Shown: piece by piece, positions 60,041 to 64,000 of the stretch | How positions within the stretch are numbered: position 1 is the first letter of the stretch | Layout: each line of letters begins with the position of its first letter | Origin: an uncultured Verrucomicrobiae bacterium | GTDB lineage: Bacteria > Verrucomicrobiota > Verrucomicrobiia > Chthoniobacterales > UBA10450 | DNA: 64,000 nucleotides | Direction: 5' to 3' | Assembly (NCBI GenBank): GCA_963815455.1 | Contig: CAWFGO010000003.1 | Span: forward strand, 704,001-768,000 | The notes under the pieces: model-generated | What the model saw: only the letters and a program-made list of their open reading frames with translations | Database searches by the model: none | What the model was told of the DNA's origin: nothing | Position numbers and translations under genes: made by a program

Positions 60041-61828
60041 TTGCGCACATCATTTTCTCTGTGGATCGGGGTCTCGCTATTCGCGATTGCTTGCCCGGCG
60101 CCGGCGGCCGTTTTCAACATCGTGAATGGCGACGTGGTTGGACTCAAAAGCGCGATTATGACCTCTAATGGTAATGTTGAGGACGACACCATTGAACTCG
60201 CCGTGAACGGAATTTATACCCTCACGGCCAGAGATAATGCGCTCAACGGCCTGCCCCAGATCGGTCCCGATGCCGGCCACCATCTTACCATCAATGGCAA
60301 TGGCGCAACCATTCAGCGAAGCAGCGCCGGCGGCACCCAGACGTTTCGGATCTTTTATATTCAGAGCGGCGCCAACGGGACTCTTTCCGGCCTGACCATG
60401 ACTAACGGAAACTTGGTCGCGCACGGCGGCGCCATCTACATCGACGCTGAAACTGCCGACGCGAGTCTCATGATTACCAATTGCAGCATAACGGGAAACA
60501 CCGGGGACTACGGCGGCGCTATATATAATGATGGCTATAACGACACGCCGGTGGCTACGACCGCGAGTTTGACCATCATCAACTCGACGATCTCGGCGAA
60601 CTTCGGCAGTCAATACGGCGGCGCCATCTGGAGCGACGGCTCCTTCGGTCACGCCTCGCTGACGATATCCAATTCCACTTTTAGCCAAAACTCCGCCAAT
60701 CTCGACACCGGCGCGGTCCAGCACGACGCCTTTATGGGAAGCGCTACGGGGAGTGTCACGAATTGCACGTTCGATCGTAATTCCGCCGGCCGAAATGGCG
60801 GTGGCATTTACGTCGATGGCGAGGATGGGAGCGCCACGCTGAGCGTCACCAATTGCACATTCAGCCAGAACACGGCGGGAAACGCCGGCGGCGGCATTTA
60901 CAACACCACCGGCGGCAGCGGAAACGCCGTGCTCCAAATCGGCAACACAATTTTCAAGACTGGCACAAACGGGGCGAACATTGTCAATAACGGGGGCACG
61001 GCCACATCGCTCGGCCACAATCTCAGCAACGACAACGGCAGCGGCGTGCTCATCGCAGCCGGCGACCAGATCAATACCGATCCCATGCTCAATGCCGCCG
61101 GCCTGCAAAATAACGGCGGCCCCACTCAAACGATTGCTTTGCTCGGAGGTAGTTCGGCCATCGATGCCGGTGACGATGCCAACGCACCGGCGCGCGACCA
61201 ACGCTATTATTCCCGGAGCGGAACGAGTGATATCGGCGCATTTGAAGTCGGTGGCATGCTGGCGCCCATCAGTGCCGGATCGGGCAAACCACACGGAGCC
61301 GCAGGCATATTTGCCATCGATCTTCCATTGACTGGCGCTGGCGGAGTGGAATGCCGAAGCGGCGGCGGCGGCGGCAATCATCAGATGGTCATACCTTTCG
61401 CCACGCCGGTAACGGTAACGAGCGCCAGCGTCACGACCGGTGTGGGCAGTGTGAGCAGTTCCTCTGTGAGCGGCTCGCAAGTCACCATCAATCTCGCCGG
61501 CGTCGCCAATGCGCAGCGAATCGTCGTCACCCTTTCCGGCGTAAATGACGGAACGCACACGAATAACGTAACCGTGCCGATGCGCGTGCTTTTGGGTGAC
61601 ACCACTGGCAACGGCATTGTCAACGCCTCCGATGTTGGCCAGACCAAAGCGCAGCTCGGGCGGCCCGTAACGAATTCAAACTTCCGCAACGACCCAAACG
61701 TCAACGGCACGATCAACGCCTCCGATGCCGCCCTGATTAAAGCGCAGATAGGAACCTCAATTCCCGCAATCGAACCGGAGCCCGACACCGTTTTCGACGC
61801 GGCACGCACGGCAGGCGTCGCGCGTTAA
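60041..61828 (+). CDS. secreted beta-helix (GGAI-repeat, choice-of-anchor Q type) protein with dockerin-like module
   Basis: GGAIY / NxTFxxNxA repeats; LQNNGGPTQTIALLGGSSAIDAG..DQR..DIGAFE; GDTTGNG..DPNVNG. Confidence 0.85.
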   Translation: MRTSFSLWIGVSLFAIACPAPAAVFNIVNGDVVGLKSAIMTSNGNVEDDTIELAVNGIYTLTARDNALNGLPQIGPDAGHHLTINGNGATIQRSSAGGTQTFRIFYIQSGANGTLSGLTMTNGNLVAHGGAIYIDAETADASLMITNCSITGNTGDYGGAIYNDGYNDTPVATTASLTIINSTISANFGSQYGGAIWSDGSFGHASLTISNSTFSQNSANLDTGAVQHDAFMGSATGSVTNCTFDRNSAGRNGGGIYVDGEDGSATLSVTNCTFSQNTAGNAGGGIYNTTGGSGNAVLQIGNTIFKTGTNGANIVNNGGTATSLGHNLSNDNGSGVLIAAGDQINTDPMLNAAGLQNNGGPTQTIALLGGSSAIDAGDDANAPARDQRYYSRSGTSDIGAFEVGGMLAPISAGSGKPHGAAGIFAIDLPLTGAGGVECRSGGGGGNHQMVIPFATPVTVTSASVTTGVGSVSSSSVSGSQVTINLAGVANAQRIVVTLSGVNDGTHTNNVTVPMRVLLGDTTGNGIVNASDVGQTKAQLGRPVTNSNFRNDPNVNGTINASDAALIKAQIGTSIPAIEPEPDTVFDAARTAGVAR

Positions 61829-61868
61829 TCTTTCCTTCCCCGGCATTTCTTGTCGATCGCCGATCCGC

Positions 61869-63125
61869 CTACAAACCCGTCACGATCGACGCTTTTTTCG
61901 TCTTATCATCGACAGCAACGCTGAACGGTTCACCGTGTTCCGTCTCGTCGGTTATCTTGCGATCATACACGAGCGACCAGGTGCCGGCCGCGCCATTATA
62001 TTCCGGCTTGGGGCGCTCGTAATTATTGAGGTCGTAGCCCGCCGCTCGCGCCGCCGTATCTGCCGCCCCGATCGCGTCCTCTTTTGTTAGTCGCGCGCCC
62101 GTTTCCGATGTCGATGCTGCTGCATCGGATGACGCCCGCAAAGAAGACGGCGGTTGCATCATCGCCCGAACCGAATCATCGACTTCATTCTCTCCGGATT
62201 CGTCTGCCATTGCATTTTGAGCGTTGGGCGTCGTGGCGGGGACGTTTTCCTTTTCCGCTTTCCCTATTGGTTCCTTTGCCTCAGCCGCCTCTTTGTATCC
62301 AACGAGGCCTTTCGCCACCGGAGCTTCCCCCGTTGGATGTTGAGCATCGTCTGCTTGCGTCTCCATTGGGGGCGGCGCGTTTTCCTTTTCTTCCTTGGCC
62401 ACGATCGGTCCCTCGGCGGGCGTCTCCGCCACCGGTTGTTGGACCCCCGCCACGGAGGCGGCCGGGGTGCTTTCCGTTATCTGCTTTTCGCGTCCAGTCT
62501 CCGAAACCTCCTGCCGCGCCGTAACGTTTGTCGATGCTTCTTCTACTTTTGCGCTTCCTGTTGTTGGGAGTGGCGGATTAGGCGCCGGAGATTCAGCGTG
62601 TTGCACTGTTCCCTCCGTCAACGTCCCTGCCTTTGCCGGTTCGGCATTCACCTTTTCGGTTTTGGCCACTCGCTGTCTCGCCGCTTCCAATCGCTTTGCC
62701 ATCGCCTGCGCCGACGGCGCCCGGCCGCTTGTCCACCGGCTGCTCCGTTTGCCGGCAACGAAAATTGCGTGCGCAGTTTTTCCTTTCGAATGGACATTCA
62801 CCGGTCCATCCAATTTGCCGCGAACCATGTTGCCGAAATAGCGCCCGTAAACGGCGGACTTGGCCGTGTACCAGGTCAGGGTTCCGAACCCCGACGCGTA
62901 TCCATCCTCGTCGCGACCGCCGTCCCAGGCCGCAGACTCGCCCGGCTTAGGCGCGTCGTTCCAAACGATCGTCTTGTCGTCCTTAGTGCGTTGATAAGTT
63001 CCCTCGGCTACCGACGCGCCAACGAAAGCGAACACCGCCAAACAACAACAGAGAAAGCGTAGAATCACAGCAGGAGTTTCTGAATACCCATTACAACCAA
63101 ACGTGAAGAGAATGTTAATCCACAC
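61869..63125 (-). CDS. secreted hypothetical protein with low-complexity linker
   Basis: Signal-like segment, WDG..GYASGFGTLTW..YFGNMVRG domain, Pro/Ala/Glu linker; true start probably ~63068. Confidence 0.65.
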   Translation of the reverse strand: MWINILFTFGCNGYSETPAVILRFLCCCLAVFAFVGASVAEGTYQRTKDDKTIVWNDAPKPGESAAWDGGRDEDGYASGFGTLTWYTAKSAVYGRYFGNMVRGKLDGPVNVHSKGKTAHAIFVAGKRSSRWTSGRAPSAQAMAKRLEAARQRVAKTEKVNAEPAKAGTLTEGTVQHAESPAPNPPLPTTGSAKVEEASTNVTARQEVSETGREKQITESTPAASVAGVQQPVAETPAEGPIVAKEEKENAPPPMETQADDAQHPTGEAPVAKGLVGYKEAAEAKEPIGKAEKENVPATTPNAQNAMADESGENEVDDSVRAMMQPPSSLRASSDAAASTSETGARLTKEDAIGAADTAARAAGYDLNNYERPKPEYNGAAGTWSLVYDRKITDETEHGEPFSVAVDDKTKKASIVTGL

Positions 63126-63169
63126 TCACCTTCGAGCAAGAGCCACCAGGTATATCGCCGTGCCTTTTC

Positions 63170-63814
63170 CTAAGGACTGGCCGGCCGCGGCGGCGCGGGT
63201 GGCCGGAACCGCGGCCGTCTACGGCGTTGCTGCTGCTGTCGCGGCCGTTGCGGTGGCGAATCCTGGGTCTTTATTTCGAACGTTCGGAAGAGCCCGGCGA
63301 GATCGATGACCTCGTTCGCCGACGATCGCAATATCTGCCCCAGATTTTGCGTCACCGACGCCACTTCCACCCGGATCCCGTGTCGCCGCAACTTAATGGC
63401 CAGATAAGCGAAATCGGCGTCGCCCGTCACGAGAATCACCACCTCGGGCCGCATCTCCAGGGAAAGCTCGAGCGCGTCGATCGCCATCATCACATCCACG
63501 TTCGCCTTGTAATGGCCTTCATCGGCGGGCGATCCATCCTTGGTCACGACCATGAATCCGTTGGCCCGAAGCCACTGCACAAACTTATTCTTTTTGTCTC
63601 GCTCCTCCTGCCAGACTGGCATGGCCGGAGGCAGCCCGGCATAAACTACCATCTCGATCAGATCGCGTCCGGTACTTGGGCCGGCCAAAAAATCACGCAG
63701 CTTCAACCAATCCAGGCCGCGTCCCGCGGTTCGCACGGAGCTGCCCACATTCGATTCGTCTACCAGGACCAACAATCTAGGTTTCGCCGCGCCGTCGTGG
63801 GTTTTCTTTCGCAT
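63170..63814 (-). CDS. NYN domain (LabA/DUF88) protein
   Basis: VLVDESN, KANVDVMMAID, LVTGDADF..G+RVEV. Confidence 0.88.
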   Translation of the reverse strand: MRKKTHDGAAKPRLLVLVDESNVGSSVRTAGRGLDWLKLRDFLAGPSTGRDLIEMVVYAGLPPAMPVWQEERDKKNKFVQWLRANGFMVVTKDGSPADEGHYKANVDVMMAIDALELSLEMRPEVVILVTGDADFAYLAIKLRRHGIRVEVASVTQNLGQILRSSANEVIDLAGLFRTFEIKTQDSPPQRPRQQQQRRRRPRFRPPAPPRPASP

Positions 63815-64000
63815 GTCGCGCGTCATGTTCGGGGTCGCGAACGCATTTGTCGATCTTGTTGTGGCCGGGGTCGCGCGGTGCGGTCCGAATGTTTTCTGGT
63901 TTCCTAACTCGTCCCTTATCCGCATACTTCTACTTTCGTTCGCATGCCGAAACCAGTTTCAATCCGGGCCGGACAGATCGAGTTCGTTAAACTCAACACT

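Noticed and set aside
60077..61558. 493-aa antisense ORF
   Set aside because: Shadow of the GC-rich repetitive sense gene; no recognisable motifs
62154..63907. Plus-strand ORFs of 302 and 226 aa
   Set aside because: Antisense to better-supported minus-strand genes

Overview
Bacterial chromosomal window. A soil Verrucomicrobiota (Chthoniobacterales-like) origin is my inference from gene content and order, not a database result. Many single-base frameshifts fall in essential genes (infB, rbfA, truB, ribF) and look like long-read errors. Core genes: mlaE-F-D-type ABC operon, MarR-RND efflux unit, nusA-infB-rbfA-DHH-truB-ribF, hppA, tRNA-Gln(CTG), tadA, tyrS, purQ and purS. Three accessory features stand out. 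(1) An ~11 kb polymorphic-toxin island (20.2-31.1 kb) holds a signal-peptide-bearing Rhs toxin, orphan Rhs tips, putative immunity genes, and a Y1/RAYT-type HUH transposase bounded by perfect 23-bp inverted repeats with tandemly stuttered ends. (2) Five large secreted proteins (39.7-61.8 kb) end in the same ~165-aa 'SRKTHG...dockerin-like' module, and a sixth copy sits inside the Rhs core. Three large secreted proteins share an unusual MKK..AFxNxR leader, and four have a (T/G)TGACA-N18 promoter-like motif upstream. Together these suggest an uncharacterised surface docking or display system that also carries a toxin. (3) A four-helix-bundle (IVS/Avd-like) gene between truB and ribF is enclosed by inverted arrays of the 7-mer AATGACG, and other 7-bp-period tracts occur elsewhere in the window.
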